From the NCBI GenBank assembly GCA_965261595.1, contig CBDHDG010000004.1, forward strand, positions 512,001-576,000: a stretch of DNA of 64,000 nucleotides, in the 5' to 3' direction. This document shows, in pieces, positions 63,690 through 64,000 of the stretch. This DNA is from a bacterium. Its GTDB lineage: Bacteria > UBA8248 > JACPRG01 > G963555815. The notes under the pieces were generated by a model. The model did no database searches. It saw only the letters and a list, made by a program, of their open reading frames with translations, and was not told the DNA's origin. Each line of letters starts with the position of its first letter. Position 1 is the stretch's first letter. Both the position numbers and the translations under genes were made by a program.

Positions 63690-64000
63690 ATGAACACGGT
63701 GCGACGAGGGAAGAGGCAGGTCAAGGGTGAAGAGCCGAAGCGGGTCACGTTGGCGGATTTTGCGCTGCATGCTCCGGTGGACACGTTGGTCGAGTTGATC
63801 CAGGCGTTGATCCCTTTGGGGTTGATGGCGGTGGGGGATTGCCTGAAGGCGGACGTGGCACGCTTGGCGGGGGCGCGCTGCCGTCGTGGGGACGGCTTGG
63901 CCGGTCACGTGCGGTGGGGCCGTCAGCGAGGCTCGGTGTATTTGGCCGATCAGAAGCTGCCCATCCAGGTTCCTCGGGTCAGAAATCGCCTCACCGGCCA
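63690..64000 (+). CDS. IS256-family transposase, 5' part (element probably starts near 63587)
   Basis: AAGGAG RBS; LIQALIPLGL.AV...DV..LAG.R...RWG.QRGSVYL.DQKLPI.VPRVR; runs off the window. Confidence 0.7.
   Translation, partial: MNTVRRGKRQVKGEEPKRVTLADFALHAPVDTLVELIQALIPLGLMAVGDCLKADVARLAGARCRRGDGLAGHVRWGRQRGSVYLADQKLPIQVPRVRNRLTG

Overview
GC-rich bacterial window in three parts. (1) 1-28 kb is mostly housekeeping and metabolism: SDR, two Zn-dependent dehydrogenases, etfBA, a methyltransferase, a Mug-type glycosylase, acyl-CoA dehydrogenase with a membrane Fe-S oxidoreductase, a decayed nifJ-type PFOR with a DHOD-like gene, lpdA and a sugar-nucleotide reductase. A ~6 kb accessory block (6.85-12.9 kb) in this part is bracketed by inverted copies of a 24-bp 'TGTTRRRATGYARGACYTGACC' repeat, which recurs around an MNT-HEPN toxin-antitoxin pair at 62-63.5 kb. 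(2) tRNA-Ala(CGC) at 28032 is followed by a P4-type integrase. The rest of this phage-satellite-like element (alpA, P4/D5 helicase, ori-like repeats, TerS-like gene, HNH fragment) lies inverted 20-30 kb away. Target-site duplications of six near-identical 1404-bp IS3-family copies, plus a gene that can be rejoined in frame, point to an IS-mediated ~30 kb inversion. (3) A catabolic island (32-49 kb) encodes two different triple-domain Rid proteins, a probable DUF3179 selenoprotein (in-frame TGA in a UxxC motif, tandem unknown C-terminal domains), an M24 hydrolase, an amidohydrolase, a sugar-type ABC transporter, an orphan molybdo-hydroxylase large subunit, an OYE-type reductase and a nonsense-broken GntR. 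An IS1595-family element with passenger genes, IS1380 remnants, the start of an IS256 and several pseudogenes indicate ongoing IS expansion and gene decay. All family assignments come from motif recognition by eye; no database searches were run.
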